Origin: Amoeboaphelidium protococcarum X5
Taxonomy: Eukaryota; Fungi; Aphelidiomycota
Reading direction: 5' to 3'
Length of the DNA: 64,000 nt
NCBI GenBank assembly: GCA_023515725.1
Contig: JALDTO010000212.1
Coordinates: 235,812-299,811 of the forward strand
Shown: positions 1-13,833 of the stretch, one piece after another
How positions within the stretch are numbered: position 1 is the first letter of the stretch
Layout: each line of letters starts with the position of its first letter
Position numbers and translations under genes: made by a program
Notes under the pieces: model-generated
Databases searched by the model: none
Told to the model about the DNA's origin: nothing
Seen by the model: only the letters and a program-made list of their open reading frames with translations

Positions 1-414
1 ATTTGTTTTGATAAGTTCAATGTACATGAGTGTTGTTTGATGCGTATAGATGTCGCGTTTATGAAGGCTCATCCTGACAAAAGTTGGAGCAATGGGAACA
101 GCGACTATGAGATGTTTACAACTGTTTCTAATGCACTTGGTGTACAGCTTCCCGCTGATGTTTTAGTGGAACTTATGCTTGGCGCTTTATTCAGCTTGAC
201 TGGAATCATGTCTTATGTTACTCTCAAGTATCCTATTAAAACTATAGCATATGCAGATCATACATCCAAGAATGAAAAGTACGCTCATATTTTGTATAAA
301 TCTAGACCCAGGAATGTTTAATCTCTTTTTATGTAGATTAATTCTTGCTGGATTGATGAAGTAATCAATTTGAATTCGAATATGTTATAAATTGTTCTAA
401 TTCACCACAATTGA
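1..414 (+). CDS. 3' part of a small membrane protein, possibly EMC5/MMgT family (5' end off-window)
   Basis: The frame of ORF 37..321 reads through TAA/TAG to TGA at 412-414. LPADVLVELMLGALFSLTG...SRP resembles the LPxDIxxE/Q-TM segment of EMC5/MMGT1. Confidence 0.35.
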
Positions 415-465
415 TCTTCTTTATTTCCATTGTGACCGCCTTCTCTCTATCTTAAAATTGACAAA

Positions 466-1653
466 ATGAAAGTGAAATATTTTGTTGAATATCAGACTTA
501 ATCTATTCCTAAACAGAAAAATGGTCCATAAGTAATAGATAGCGATTTAAAGTAGGACTCATTTATGAAAGAGTATGTACGAAAGCGTGTGCCTTGTGTT
601 TTAATCAGCAGCGACGCGTCAAAGCTCACCAAGAAGGCGGTAAAGTTCATCACTGGAAATGACGGCGAGCTGAGACGCGTCAAAGTAGCCGTAGAGTCGA
701 AGTAAAGTTATTAAGGCACTTTTGGCACGTCGAGCCAGAAATAGATTGAAGAGTTTGGCAATTTTATCTAGCTTATTTAAGACAAGGATTCTGAGACAGA
801 TTATTATTTGAGTACGCAATATGGTATAGATTAAAAGTGCGCAATCAGCTCTGTATTAATGCAGCGCGATGTTATCCCTCAAGTACCAGCACTAGTTGAT
901 GCGTCTCAATGTCAGATGTTTGATGTCAACTTGTGGATGGGATCAGCGGAGGCTTCATCGCGTTTGCATTTTGATTATCATGATAATTTGTACTACCTTT
1001 GTGAAGGGGAGAAGCAGTTTATCCTATTTCCACCATCATGTGCGCCTAATCTCTATCTAAATACTGAAGAGCATGGTATTGATCAAGTTCTAGTTGATCG
1101 CGACGGATTCATCGAGTTTAGCACCGAGACGCAGAGAAAACGAAGTTATAGATCCAGCGATGAAGAGGATAATTATGGAAGTGGTAGTGAAGAAGAGTAG
1201 GATAGCATTATTGCAACTGGTAAGCGATAAAGAGTGGATAGTGCGGAGGGATTCGACTCGGAAATCGATTCAATCGACTGGAATGGTCGCGATGATTTTG
1301 ATGAAGAGGTTATGCTCTCTGGGAATTCTAATTATGGAGGTGATGATGATAGTGAAGATGATAATACTCTTTTAAAAGATCCTCCGTCTTTCAGTCGCAT
1401 TCCGGTCGACGTCTTGCATAGTTATGTACAATCTAAAGGTTTGAAGCTTGATCTATAGGACAGGAGCAAGAGCGGCGCCAGTCTGAATGATTTCCCTTCA
1501 TTGCGCAAATGTGATCCCATAGTAGTCACTCTGAAAGCCGGTCAGTGTCTATTTCTACCTGCTGGATGGTTCCACGAAGTTTCATCTCGAAATGTCTCCA
1601 AGAGCCACTTTCATCTCGCTATCAACTATTGGTTCACTTTGAAATAGAAATGA
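466..1653 (+). CDS. JmjC (cupin-like) 2-oxoglutarate/Fe(II) oxygenase
   Basis: ATG 466 to TGA 1651-1653 in one frame with TAR=Gln. Motifs FMKEYVRKRVPCVL, NLWMG...RLHFDYHDNLY...GEKQFILFPP and LKAGQCLFLPAGWFHEV...LAINYWF give the HxD...H triad. Acidic insert in the middle. Confidence 0.85.
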
Positions 1654-2374
1654 TAGTTTTATAAGCTTACACTTGATTAACTGTAACATTTGCTTTAGCG
1701 TCGTTATTTATATCATTTTCCGTGGCGTAATTAGCGGTTTTATTTAATAAGACCTTGAAGTAAAAGAATACCAGGTTAGTATTCCCCATTTCTCTAATAG
1801 TTTGACGCGCCATAACAATCAATTGACTTGATCTTGTATGAAAGCGTTTTTCAGTATGCGCGTTACAAGAACCTTAATCTCTGAGTTCTCGCCATGATTC
1901 TAAAAGGGCTTAAGTTTACAACCACCATGATATCAAGTTCTATAAATGAATGCACTATTGTATTCGCGCAAGGGAATGCCGATTAGATAACCATTTGTTT
2001 GCGTGGGCGATCAACTGGCTTTTAATTCGATTTCCATCACGCCCAAGCAATCAACCTTATCTCCTTACTCTCAAACTGAATAATTGAATTTAATTGACTA
2101 CAGTATATCTAATAATTCGAACGCTCGAACCATATCTTTTCAAATGTCACAACAGATTGATTGTAATTTGATATGGAAATACAAGAAAATGTGATTTTTA
2201 ACAAGTATTGGAAGCAGACGTCGACTCTGGTGCAGGACCTTGTGAGTTTACTTGGTGAGTATGTTGAACTGCAAGTAGTTAATCATATCCATTCTGCCTG
2301 TAACTGAATGGATGAGATCTTTTTACTAATCCGTTTATGTATTTCTAAACAACTTGGTTTTCAGACTACCTTGA

Positions 2375-2575
2375 TGGAAGAGTAGTTATATCAACTGGTT
2401 TATGAGAATTTTGGTGATTGATGATTACACCGAATTTGCACTTCTAGCTTTACTGCATGATAAAGAGACCGCTTGCTAAGAGTTGAGAAGGATTCTCATT
2501 GGAATTGATATATTAACTGACATGAAAATCAATACTCTACAATGTGATGGTGGGGGAGACTTTATCAAACTGCAA
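2375..2575 (+). pseudogene. Degenerate Ty1/copia integrase-core fragment
   Basis: ILVIDDYTEFALLALLHDK...TDMKINTLQCDGGGDF matches the copia rve pattern IVDDYSRY...IKxLRSDNGGEF. Bounded upstream by TGA, with no other retroelement domains nearby. Confidence 0.45.
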
Positions 2576-3263
2576 ATTATGTTTGCACTGCTTATTGATA
2601 GTGTTTAGGGGCTGGGATATACTGCTACTGTCAGTATATTACGTCTATGAGCAATTATAGACACACCACCCTGAATTTATCAGTGTGGACAGGGTTGGAA
2701 AGCAGACATTTGAATTATTTGCAACCCATAAAGACGCAGAACGCGTGTTGTGGCAGCATTAGTAGCGCATGCTGTTTTACGAGCGAGTCACTGCGCACTA
2801 TGCTTTCAATTCGGTGCATATTGGCACTTATCAGCGAGCGAGATTCACTGGGTACATTAACGTTGATGTAATTGCGCTGAACTACCATGCGATGAAAAGA
2901 AACGCCTGGGATCACGTAGAAACGGTATAACGTAGAGAGAATACAGTTTGTCGCCAATGAGAGTTGAATGCTTAAACAAGCATCACGATGGGATTGGCTT
3001 AATGCTTTAGAAGCTCAGCTATAATCACTGCTAGATGATCTCGTGTGCACGCTACTCAAATACTATAGTGTTTTGTTTTACCCATCGAACCTGTCGTGTC
3101 TTTCATACTATTTATTGCCCGCACTGAATGATGATCCATACTGAATGTGATCGGGCGCGTGTTTCTCTCTTCTCCGTCTGCTTTGGTCTGCTTCTTTCTT
3201 TCTAAAATATATCCACACGTTCTTGTAATTGCTTATTGCACAAACTAAAAATTAAATATTGGC

Positions 3264-6200
3264 ATGAAGAAGGTGTTTATTGTTTCAGCGTTAAATTAGA
3301 TTCTTGCATAGAAGAAGGCTGTCTCGCAGTACTCTTAGAATGTGCAGTCTGTTTTGAAGGCGTTTGAGCCAAAGGATGCTGAGAACGATGTTAATATCCT
3401 GCATCAACTGGCGGAGGTTGTCATTGAGTTGGTTAGTAGTAAGAATCCTCAGTTGGTATTGTACTCTTTGGATTTACTAAGTAAAATGCTGCAGTATGAT
3501 GCTGAACACTATGAGAAGTTTAGTGCCAAGTTTTTGGAGGTTATAGAGTTGGCATCCACCCTGAATGACGAGAAGATCCAATTGCAGATCTTTAAATGTA
3601 TTCAATCTGGTGCTGCTTAGTGGCATGAGCATACACTGTTGAAAGCCGTTCGTATCATTTATAATTTCTACTTGCTGACTGGAAGTAATTCTCATGCTGG
3701 TGGTGTGGCTCAATCTACTATAAGTTAGATCATATAGAATGTCTTTGGTAGGATTGAAATACCGGAGCAGTACAAGGGTGATTATACATCATTCTTGAAG
3801 AATTAGAATAGATCTGAATTTGAAGAGGTTATTAAAGGTGCCAAGTAAAAATAACAATAGTAATAGTCTCCACCAGAGAACATTGATAATCCTGATAATG
3901 TGGTTCAAGTTGCAATTAATCAAAGCAGTGGCGATCATGCCATTAATGATGATAATGCTCCATCTAGTCCTGTTAATGAATTGCAGCAGTCAAATGTTGT
4001 TAGTCCATAGAGTGAAGACAGTTAAGCTGAGCCAGTGACTGCCGCCTCAATATAATCTGGTCCTCTTGGTGAAGATGGATCCAATTCAGACTAGGATGAC
4101 GCTCGCGCTGTTGCATCGGGCCTGGTGAATGATATAGTGGAGCGTACTGTAGATCCTTCTAAAGATACTGAGGATTATAAGAAGCCAATTTAGTCAGAAG
4201 AACAGTAAAAGAGTTTGGCTTAGGATAATAATATAGAGAAAGTATTGTGGCAGTCTGCAAAGTTGTCTCCTAATAGTGCAGTGGCTAATGAAGAGGACTA
4301 ATTATAGGCGGTCATTGACGTGGAAGTTGAAGTCAGTTAGCAGATGATGGTTTACTTGGAAGATGCACTGTTGTTGTTTAGAGCGCTATGTCGCCTTTCT
4401 ATGAAGACTTTGCCGGAGGAGAAGAATGACAGATAGTCGAAAGACAACTTTATGATTGCTTTAAAGTCAAAGATTTTAGCTTTGGAATTGTTGAACGTTA
4501 TCGTATCTGATCATTTTAATGTCATATCGTCTGTTATTCCTATTACAGTTCTGGATGAAAGTGGCAAGGATGGTGAGATGGTAAACGACTCCGCGGGTAC
4601 CACTGGCGCTGGTAAAGACTCGGCGGCAAGTAGTACGTCATTCGTTGAGTCGGTCAGGCAGTTCCTATGCGTGAGTTTGATAAGAAATGCAACCAGTCTG
4701 GTATCGGATGTTCTCGATCGATCTTTGGATATCTTTGTCTAAATAGTCAAGGGAATGCGCCATCATTTGAAGAAGGAGATTGAGTTGTTCATGTATGAAA
4801 TTGTCATTGGCCTACTGGACAATAACTAGTCTCTTGCCGGCGTAAAGAGCGGGTCATTTACAATCACGTATCACCAGAAACTTGCTTTGATCAAACATAT
4901 TACCCTGCTGTTTTAAGATGCTAGAGTTCTTGTAGATATGTTTGTGAATTATGATTGTGATCCTGATGCTCTGGATAACATTATCGAACGTCTAGTCACC
5001 TATCTGAGTAAGCTGATTGGCAGAAGTGATTTGAAGCTGATTTTACCACAGAGTGGAACGGAGAAGGGAAATGGTGTATTGACCAAGGATACTATCAGTT
5101 CCCTAGTTGGAGTTGGGAATATTGATGTCGGTCGCTTCAGTGTCCGTCAGTCCAGTAAGGGAAACATATTGCAGGGTAGAGCTAGAGCAGGTTCCAATGC
5201 TTCTGCAGTCAGTAGTTCCAATGTCCCCTCTACTTATTAGTCAGCTTCTGCATCGAACAATGCTCAGACATTATCTTCTGCGTACAAATAACAACAGTCT
5301 ATTCTGACGTAACTTGGAGTTCTTGGATAGGAACGGGAGAATAGTATAAAGTTTAGAGCTCTTGAATGTCTGGCCACGATTCTGGATAGTTTATTGTTGT
5401 GGAGTAGAGGTGCATTTGAGCAGTAGTCTGTTAATGCTTTGAATATGGCTGATAATGTGGAAAATGCCGTAAGTCCAGTGACTTCTACTAATCAAGGGAA
5501 TGGATTCAATGTTGGAGAAAGCACAGGAGCAGGTGGAGGTTAATTATAGCAGTAATAATCAGTAATAAAGGGAGAGGATGATTTCAATAGATTTGAAGCA
5601 GCAAAGCACCAAAAACAAGCAATTAGAGAAGGTGTCTAGTTGTTTAATTGGAAGTACAAGAAGGGTCTGCAGTTCCTGATCGCTAATAATGTCATTTAGA
5701 AGAATCCGCCGTCTATAGCTTAGTTCCTCCTGAGAACTCCTGGCCTCAACAAGAAAGTAATTGGTGAGTATCTGGGTGAGGGTGAGGAATTTAACATTAC
5801 TGTTATGCATGCGTTCGTGGATGAACTCCAGTTTGATAAGTTGTCCTTTGTGGAAGCTCTAAGACTGTTCTTGTAAAAGTTCCGTCTGCCTGGTGAAGCT
5901 TAAAAGATTGATAGATTTATGCTCAAGTTTGCGGAGAGATTTCATCTACAGAATCCTGGTGTATTTTTAAATGCAGACACAGCATACGTACTGGCGTATA
6001 GTGTTGTAATGTTGAATACTGATCAGCACAATCCTCAGATCAAGAAGAGGATGACCAGGGAGGAGTTTATCAAAAACAATAGGGGCATCAGTGACGGTAA
6101 GGATTTGGACCCGCAATTCCTTAGTTCTATATTTGATGAGATATCCCAGAATGAGATCAAGATGAAAGATGAAGAAGGACTAGCAACATTGAAAAAGGCT

Positions 6201-9200
6201 AGCTCGGCTGATTTTGAGAGCCTGAGCAGTAGGTAGAAGAGGGAGGCCATCATGAGAATCAGGTAGGATATTTCTAACAAGTCTGATGCTGCTGTCAGAG
6301 GCTTTGTTGATAAAGCCAAGAAGACTGGTACTTCTTCTCCTTTCTACAGTGCTAGACATACGGAGCATGCCAAGGGAATGATGGAATCTTTCTGGATACC
6401 GATACTGGCTGGAATATCAGCGTCACTCTAAGAATGTGATATGAACGATCTGTAAACTAGCCAGTTGGCCTTGATTGCTTTCAAATCTGCAATATGTATC
6501 TGTTGCAATTTCAGCCCAGACTTGTCTTTATCAAGAAATGCTTTTGTATCCACACTGACAAAGTATGCGTACGTTAGTCATCCAACAGAGTTTTTGAGTA
6601 AAGCCAAGAGTGTGTTATGCATCAGCTGCCTTCTGGATTGTGGTTATATATGTGGCGATGGTTTAGGCGAGTCCTGGGGTGATGTGTTGAGATGTGCCAG
6701 TAATTTAGAGCGCGTTGTTGGTAGAGGAAATGATCCGGCTCATTCTATGATCCTTGGAGTGGGTGTTAACATTGTCAACTCTTCTTCAGATGGTAGTGCT
6801 AGTTCAAAACATACTGATATGCATCGGAAGTAGAGAGATGCACACAATGAGGAGATGGATCGTCAAATGTCAGCTCAGGATAAGATTATCATTGAGTCAA
6901 CTGCATAGGCTCTTCTAGTCCAGGTTGATCGTATCTATACATCGAGTGTTAGACTTAATGGTTCATCTATAGTGGAGTTTGTTCGATATCTGAGTCAAGT
7001 CTCTATGGAGGAGATTCAACAATCCACTTCATCATCTACTCTGACTACAGTGCCGAGGATGTATAGTCTTACCAAGTTGGTGGAGATCAGTTACTACAAT
7101 ATGAATCGTATTAGATTGGAGTGGTCTAATATCTGGACAATTCTAGGCGATCATTTTAATGTAGTTGGATGTCACGCTAATCAACACGTTGCCTTCTTCA
7201 GTGTAGACTCTCTGCGCCAGTTGTCAATGAAGTTTCTGGAGAAAGAGGAGCTTGTAAATTTTAAGTTTTAAAAGGATTTTATGAAGCCATTTGAGTATAT
7301 TCTGATGAAGAATTAGAGTCTGGTGATCAAAGATATGGTTCTTCGTTGTGTTCATTAGATCATACAAGCCAAGGCGGTCAGTATCAAGTCTGGTTGGAAA
7401 ACGTTATTATCTGTTCTTAAGACTGCGGCCAAGGAGCCTCAGGAAGCAATTGTGAATTTGGCATTTGATTCGTGCAAGTTCATCTTTAATGGTAAATTTA
7501 TGGAGTCGCTGGTGCAGAACAATGCTTTTGAGGATTTCGTCAGCTGCCTGGTTGAGTTTGGACGTAATGGCGTTAGTAATAAGATCAGCCTTCTCTCTGT
7601 GGACATGCTTAATTAAACAGTGACCAAGGTGATGGTAGTTATTGAGCAGATTAAAAAGGGCAAAAAGACTTTGGACATTGTGGTCGCATAATCTGCCGCT
7701 TCAACAGAGGCCGATTCTGCCTTGCAATAGTAGCCAGCAACTGCATAATCAATTCAGAATGTGAACAAATCAGCCACGACTAATGATGATCCGATAATGC
7801 GCTTGTGGTTCCCCATCTACTTTGGTTTCTATGAGATGATTATGACTTGTGAGTTGGAGAGCAGGACTAAGGCGCTAAAGTATTTATTTGACACTTTGAA
7901 GGAACACTCTGCAGAGTATACGCCAGAATTTTGGGATGTTCTGTCTAGAGGCGTGCTGTTTCCCATTTTTGATGATCTTAAGCTGACCAGGAGCGAGAAG
8001 CGGAAGTTTGAGAACAGAGAAGATATGACCGTATGGCTCAATACTACTCTGATCCAAGCGTTGAGGTAGTTTGTTGATCTGGTGTCATTCAGCTTTGCCA
8101 GTCTAGAAAGTATGATGTTGGACGGAGTGTTGGATCTTATTAGAGTGTGTTTCGGTGTGCCGCAGGAGAATGAGACTCTGGCCAAGATTGGTAGTTCATG
8201 TCTGCAGCAGCTGATCGAATCTAATGTCGATAAGTTGACAACAAAGCATTGGGACAAGATTATTGACACTATAGTGTTTTTATTTGAATCCACCACGGCG
8301 TCAAAGTTATTTGAACCGGATTTCTAGTAAGAGGTATTCGCGCGAGCAGAGAAGAAATCTGGTGATTAGCAGTAGTCCTTACAGTAGTAATAGAAGCATT
8401 CTAGAACTGTATCGGTTGTATCTGAATAGAGTCTGGACTCTCCTTAAAATGCGAAACAGCAGTCAACTGAGTCTCAGTAATAGTAGCAGGACTAAGAGCA
8501 GTAGTCGTAACATGCAGAATAGAGTTCAAATGACGTGTAAGATTCAGATTAGGTGTCTCATAGAAAGAGTCGTCACATAAAGAAAGACTTTCAGCAGATC
8601 ATCATAAAGAGTGTCTTGCAACTGTTGGTTATTCAGACTGTGAGTGATCTACTATCTGTGTCTAATGCCGTTCCAGTGTATAAGTATCTAGATGGACAAC
8701 ATCTCTCTCGTGTTCTAAAGTGTTTTCAGGAGAGCTATGAGTTTGCCAATAGATTCAATGGAGAAATGTAGTTCCGCGTGGCTCTATATAAGATTGGCTT
8801 TATGAACTAGTTGCCCAATCTCTTGAAGTAGGAGACGACTGCGATTAGTTGTCTATTGACTAGTGTACTGCGCATATATAATGGGGTCCATGGATTATCA
8901 AGTGATACCAGCAAGTCTGAAGGAGCTAATGGGGGGATTAAAGACCCTGAAATGGTTCAGTACGCGGAAGATTCTATTTGCAAGTATTCGGTGGCAGTGT
9001 TGACGCACTTCAATTCACTTGAGCCTCAAGTTAAGCAGAGAAATATTCAGACTTGGACTCCAGTTGTTGTCAAGATTCTGGAAGGACATTGCGCCATGTC
9101 TGACGCAAAGTACAAGTTTAATATTCCCTTGATTTACAAGCTAGTGTTGGAAGTAATATCAAAGCATGATCTGGCACAAGACTTGAGACGGGCTGTTTTT

Positions 9201-9287
9201 GAATGTCTGGTCAGAGTGGATCAAGTATTTGGTATTTCCAATTCTGTCACTTCTAGCCTTAATGGACTATAATAATAATTATAATGA
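3264..9287 (+). CDS. SEC7: Large Sec7/BIG-family ARF guanine nucleotide exchange factor (about 2007 aa, intronless)
   Basis: All standard-code fragments share one frame. The catalytic FRLPGEA[TAA=Q]KIDR has its TAA at 5901. Also [28 protein letters not shown]-box FVNYDCD, and HDS motifs [28 protein letters not shown] and LWFPIYFGF. Ends TGA 9285-9287. Confidence 0.95.
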
Positions 9288-9405
9288 GTAGAAACTGAAT
9301 GAATATGAATAAATTATCATAATAGGTAATTTACACTGTTTTTGGTCATTCACAATATCCCGGAATACTCTAATAGATGTTGATATACAGTATATTACCA
9401 TAGAA

Positions 9406-11137
9406 TCAATCCAAAGATCTTTCAACAACATTTGAAGGAAACATACCATAAGATTTCTTACTTCCGATTGAGAGCTCTCCATATAGCCAACTGGGTTCCG
9501 GTTATCCCATTACTGTCACATACTAGCCAGCATCCAGATGTAATTCATCCGAATTAACTGCATCGTAGTTGTATAAAACTTTAGCTTTCCACGGCAGGCC
9601 ACTGACCTTGCTGCGGTCCAACACATTCTACGCACCTTTCTTGTCCGCGCCATTACCATTAACACTAGGTGTTAGACTGGGAGCAGTAGGCTGTGGAACA
9701 AAATCAGTATCAAAAGGATTATAGGACATACCTGAAGCAGGACTGGCGACACTTGCTGGTTCCTACTTGACATTATCCACCACTGAAGAAGAAGCAGCAG
9801 CAGTGGGAATAGATGGCAATTCCTCCTCCATAAACGGATTGAAAGCATGAGTCTGTGCGATTGATGAAGCATTGACAGCCACTTTGTTCATTGGAGATGC
9901 AGTATTAATCGCAGGTGTAAACTGCTGGTTAAGAGACAGATCACTGAAATCTTTAACATCCTCCTTGAATGGATTAAAAGAATTCTACTTGCTCATACCA
10001 AAAGTGTCCACCGCATTAACTTGCGACTGCGTTCCATTAACTTAACTTTGACCAAAATTACCGGAAGCCACTCTAGATTCTTATTCCGACTTCCCAACAC
10101 CGGACGATGGTAACAGCGATGACGCTGGAGTTCCCATTTTAGCCGGTGTGATATTTTAACCATAAGCGCGAAACTCTGGAGCAGGCGGAATGGTATCACC
10201 AGTCCGCTTGCTTTTAACATATAAAGCTATATCATAACTGATGTTACACTTTTCCAATACTTTACGCATATTCTCACACGAAGCATCATCATTCACACTA
10301 ACTTGAGAGTAAGCGTTAGAGTACGTCCACAGACATCCACGCAAGAAATCCACTCTCTACTCTTCCAGTTGTTGAAACTCTTCACACGCACCAAAGAAGT
10401 CTTTAATCCAGGTGGTATGTATATCGCGCATCTTATCACACGCCTGAGCGTACTCCTACTCTGCTTATCTGGCCGCAAGCTGAGCTTTACTAATCTTCTA
10501 ATCCAACTTATCAGCCTCTTTCGCTGTTGCTGTATTCCTCTACCTTTACAGAGCTTCCAACTCGGCACTTCTCTATCTGTACTTTTCCTCGCACTTGCTC
10601 AGTATAGAGTGCTATGAATTCTTAGCCTTCAAAGCCTTCTCCACCACAGCCTACTGCTCCTTCCTAGAATCCCTCTACTGATCAGTGAATGCCTCCAACG
10701 GTTTCAGACACTTTGCCTTCAGCTCGTCGGCCAGGCTCGTTCTGTTTCGCGCGTGAACTTCCATTTCGTTTCTGAACGATTCCATCGCATTGCTGAGCGA
10801 CGAGATTCCGTACGGATTCGTGTCCTGGTGGTCTTGCTTGATGAGGTCCGTCATCACCTGTGACTTGGCAATCTTGCCCAACTTCTTAGAGTACTCCTCT
10901 TCCAAATCTATTCTCTGCGAAATCATAAACTAGAGTTCTTAACACACATGCTCTACATGTGAAAATTTGTTATTATTATTCAAGTTTATGATTAATTATT
11001 AAACAGTTTAGTAAACACTTACTTGCGAGTTTCATCCTCTCCAGCAGAGTATCGTAACCTTTATTGTAGTCTTCTCCCCAAAAGGACTCATTAAACCTGG
11101 GAACATCTGCCTATTATACACTCTAATCAAATGGCAT
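9406..11137 (-). CDS. F-BAR (FCH) + NPF-linker + SH3 protein (PACSIN/PSTPIP/Cdc15-like); intron 10953..11022
   Basis: N-terminal FNESFWGEDYNKGYDTLLERMK...QRIDLEEEYSKKL (FCH). C-terminal KAKVLYNYDAVNSDELHL...SWLYGEL...GMFPSNVVE (SH3). GT..AG intron of 70 nt. TGA at 9406-9408. Confidence 0.88.
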
Positions 11138-11357
11138 ATCTCTCCTTGTTTATCCTATCTATACAGTCAGTAATGAGTGCTTGTAAAATGAAGGTGATGA
11201 TGATGATGATAATAAGTTCCAGGGCGGTTTGAAACAAAGAACAAACTCTGCGAAACTTCAAACTGTCGCTGAGAATGAACGGTCGCCCAACAGCGCCTGA
11301 TTGGGCAAAGTAGAAATTCGTAAGCAGAAGATCATGGCGATACATGGTGTTAGAACA

Positions 11358-12074
11358 TCATTTATTAGCGACAATTTAGGCTTCAAGATTACTCACAGGT
11401 TATACCTTATCTTGCTAATCTATTTCACCATCTTAAAGAGATGTCGAATTCTTATTACTGTTCCTATGCTGATGATACTTGTACCATCCACCGCCTTGAT
11501 ATCGCTCGTAAAGATGAGCAATCGTGAGAAGTGCCAGAGCTCCCGCCGAAATCAAATATCCAACCACACCAATCGCACCCAATGGCTCGCCGTGTTCTTC
11601 ATATCCAGGACCGCTAAATTGCTGCTTTTATTACTTTTACGATGATCTTCGACGCGATGTATTATCAGAACGATACTACGAGTTCCGGTTCAATTAAGAT
11701 AATGATAATGTCGATGATGATGATGACTACTAGGAAGGCTGTGCATGTCCACCATCTTGTTTTTGATCATCTATCGGGAAATCGCGTTCAAAATGAGAAG
11801 GGAAATACTTGGTCATCCAGCCGGGTGGTGGCAGTTTAGATTCGGGCGGAGGTCTGATTGCAACCACAGCAGTACTGGGCATTGAGGGAGGTTTATGGAG
11901 GACAATATTGGTGTACCGACTAACAGGACGCGCGGCATTCAGCACTTCAGCTTCCGCGTTCTAAGAGTTAATCAACGATATCGAATCATCTTTACCACTC
12001 TTAATAACACTAGAATAACGTCTCTAATTCTTTCCAGCGCTATATACTTGAAGTCTTATTACCCTATTGTACAT
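11358..12074 (-). CDS. Hypothetical single-pass membrane protein (238 aa), possibly mitochondrial
   Basis: Continuous ATG-to-TGA frame with TAR=Gln. Arg/Ser-rich N-terminus MYNRVIRLQVYSAGKNQRRYSS. Hydrophobic segment LGAIGVVGYLISAGALALLTIAHLY. Confidence 0.55.
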
Positions 12075-12174
12075 CTTATGATCTAACTAGTGATTGAGTT
12101 GAAGAACGGTAGAGAGGCGAGCCCTTTCTTGACAGAACGCGTAAGAAAATATCATCATCGCGTAATATCATATA

Positions 12175-13710
12175 ATGACGGCGATAGGTAGTAGTAAATA
12201 AGGCATAAAGTATCAGCGAGTATTCTGGAGTACATTAGGAATTGGGGTATTATGTGGCGGTAGCTATGCTATATATACTCGATTAGCTTAATAGTAAACT
12301 GGTAAAGTCAATGATTAATCAAAGACTTCTGACGGCGATGGTTTAAATACGTAATACAACTTAAGTTCTGGCAATTCTGTGACTACGAACGGTTAAACTG
12401 AAAATAATCAGAACAAGGTCAAATATGGTGAAGATAAACGCGATCACGGTCTTGAGGTTCTTGTTCAGGGTGTGAATGCTGGTAGATATAGCCTCACCGG
12501 GTTTGATGATTAAATTTTAAAGACTGGAGTTGATCACTTTGCAGTTAATCATCACGGCGGTATTATCACTGATAAACGTGGTGTTTTGTACAAGTGGCTA
12601 TGGAACAATTCAGCTAAATCATAGTACTTGAATAAATCATCATCATCGGCAGTAGATGCTCCATTAGAGAAGCTGAGCGAAGTTTCATAGCGGTGGTGGC
12701 ACAGTCCCGTAAGTTGGTTCTCCCGCAGTGGACGCGTCCAGTCATTATTTAAAGTTGGTGAGGATATATTTGCAATTCATAAAGATTAGTCAATCATAAC
12801 AAAGTATGAAGCGGATAATCTAATTGAGATTGAAAAGTTAAAAGTTCCGTTCAAAGTTCAGAGTGTCCAGATAATGGGCAGTGGTGGAAACTTATCACTC
12901 TACATCTTGTCAGTTGATGGAAAGTTGTATCAGGTAAACTCCAAATTTGAGGTATAGAAGTAGTTACCAGCGAATTTCAAAATTTCATCTTTATCGTGTG
13001 GCGCCAAGCATTGCATTGGTCTGACTGATGATCAGCAGCTGTATGGCTTTGGCTCAAATGAACATGGTCAACTATCGGAGCCACTTCACATCCACTCTAT
13101 CGATATGCCTTCTATTCTGAGATCTTTCTGGTGGAACATGCCAAAGAATTTCACCAGTTCAGAGGTTGTGAGCAAATGTGTAGACGCTCAAGCTATTGGA
13201 AATGTCTCTCTAATATCCCTATACACACACGGAAGTAGTAAGCGCAATGATAAGACGTTACATGATTCATTCTCTGTGTGGTCCATTGGCGATGGATAGT
13301 CTAGTTTACTTGGTCAATCTAATGCCTAGTCCAAGTAATTTGAACCGAAAAAGATTAGATAACTGTCGGATTAATCGCAATATGATGAAGCCAAGTAGCG
13401 CGTCGTTCCTATAAGAATAAGTGAATTTATAAAGTCCTCGACTCATATACTAGCCGTGATGAAGACTTGTTTAGAATCATCAACCACTTCCCCATAGTTT
13501 GGCAATGATGTTTACGGATGGGGAGATAATGCACGTGGTCAATTGAATTAGTCATCTCGTGGCAGTATACACGGCCCAACACTGCTTTAATCTCCTATAT
13601 ACGAGCTGAATGTTGATAGAATGTAGGTTCATTAAAGTGCAGATCAAAAGAGCATGCAGATAAGAAAGCTTGCAGTTTGCAATGGCATGGTGGCTGAACT
13701 GGTTTACTGA
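12175..13710 (+). CDS. RCC1-repeat protein with N-terminal TM segment (FMP25/RCC1L-like)
   Basis: RCC1 repeats ISSLSCGAKHCIGLTDDQQLYGFGSNEHGQL and THILAV...VYGWGDNARGQL. N-terminal VFWSTLGIGVLCGGSYAIY. TGA 13708-13710. Confidence 0.7.
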
Positions 13711-13833
13711 TCTTGTACTATCACGTAATTTATTTAGTGACTACTGACATCACATCTACAGTATAGCAGAATGAAGTTATAATAAAGTTGAGTATTATCA
13801 AAATAAAATATTCATTTCACTTAAGCCATTAAA

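Noticed and set aside
2600-2960. Possible degenerate RRM (VQGLGYTAT...ELFATHKDAERVL)
   Set aside because: Needs a frameshift and the similarity is too weak.
11301-11839. Plus-strand ORFs 11301..11645 and 11642..11839
   Set aside because: The minus-strand frame 11358..12074 gives a single coherent ATG-TGA protein with a TM segment.
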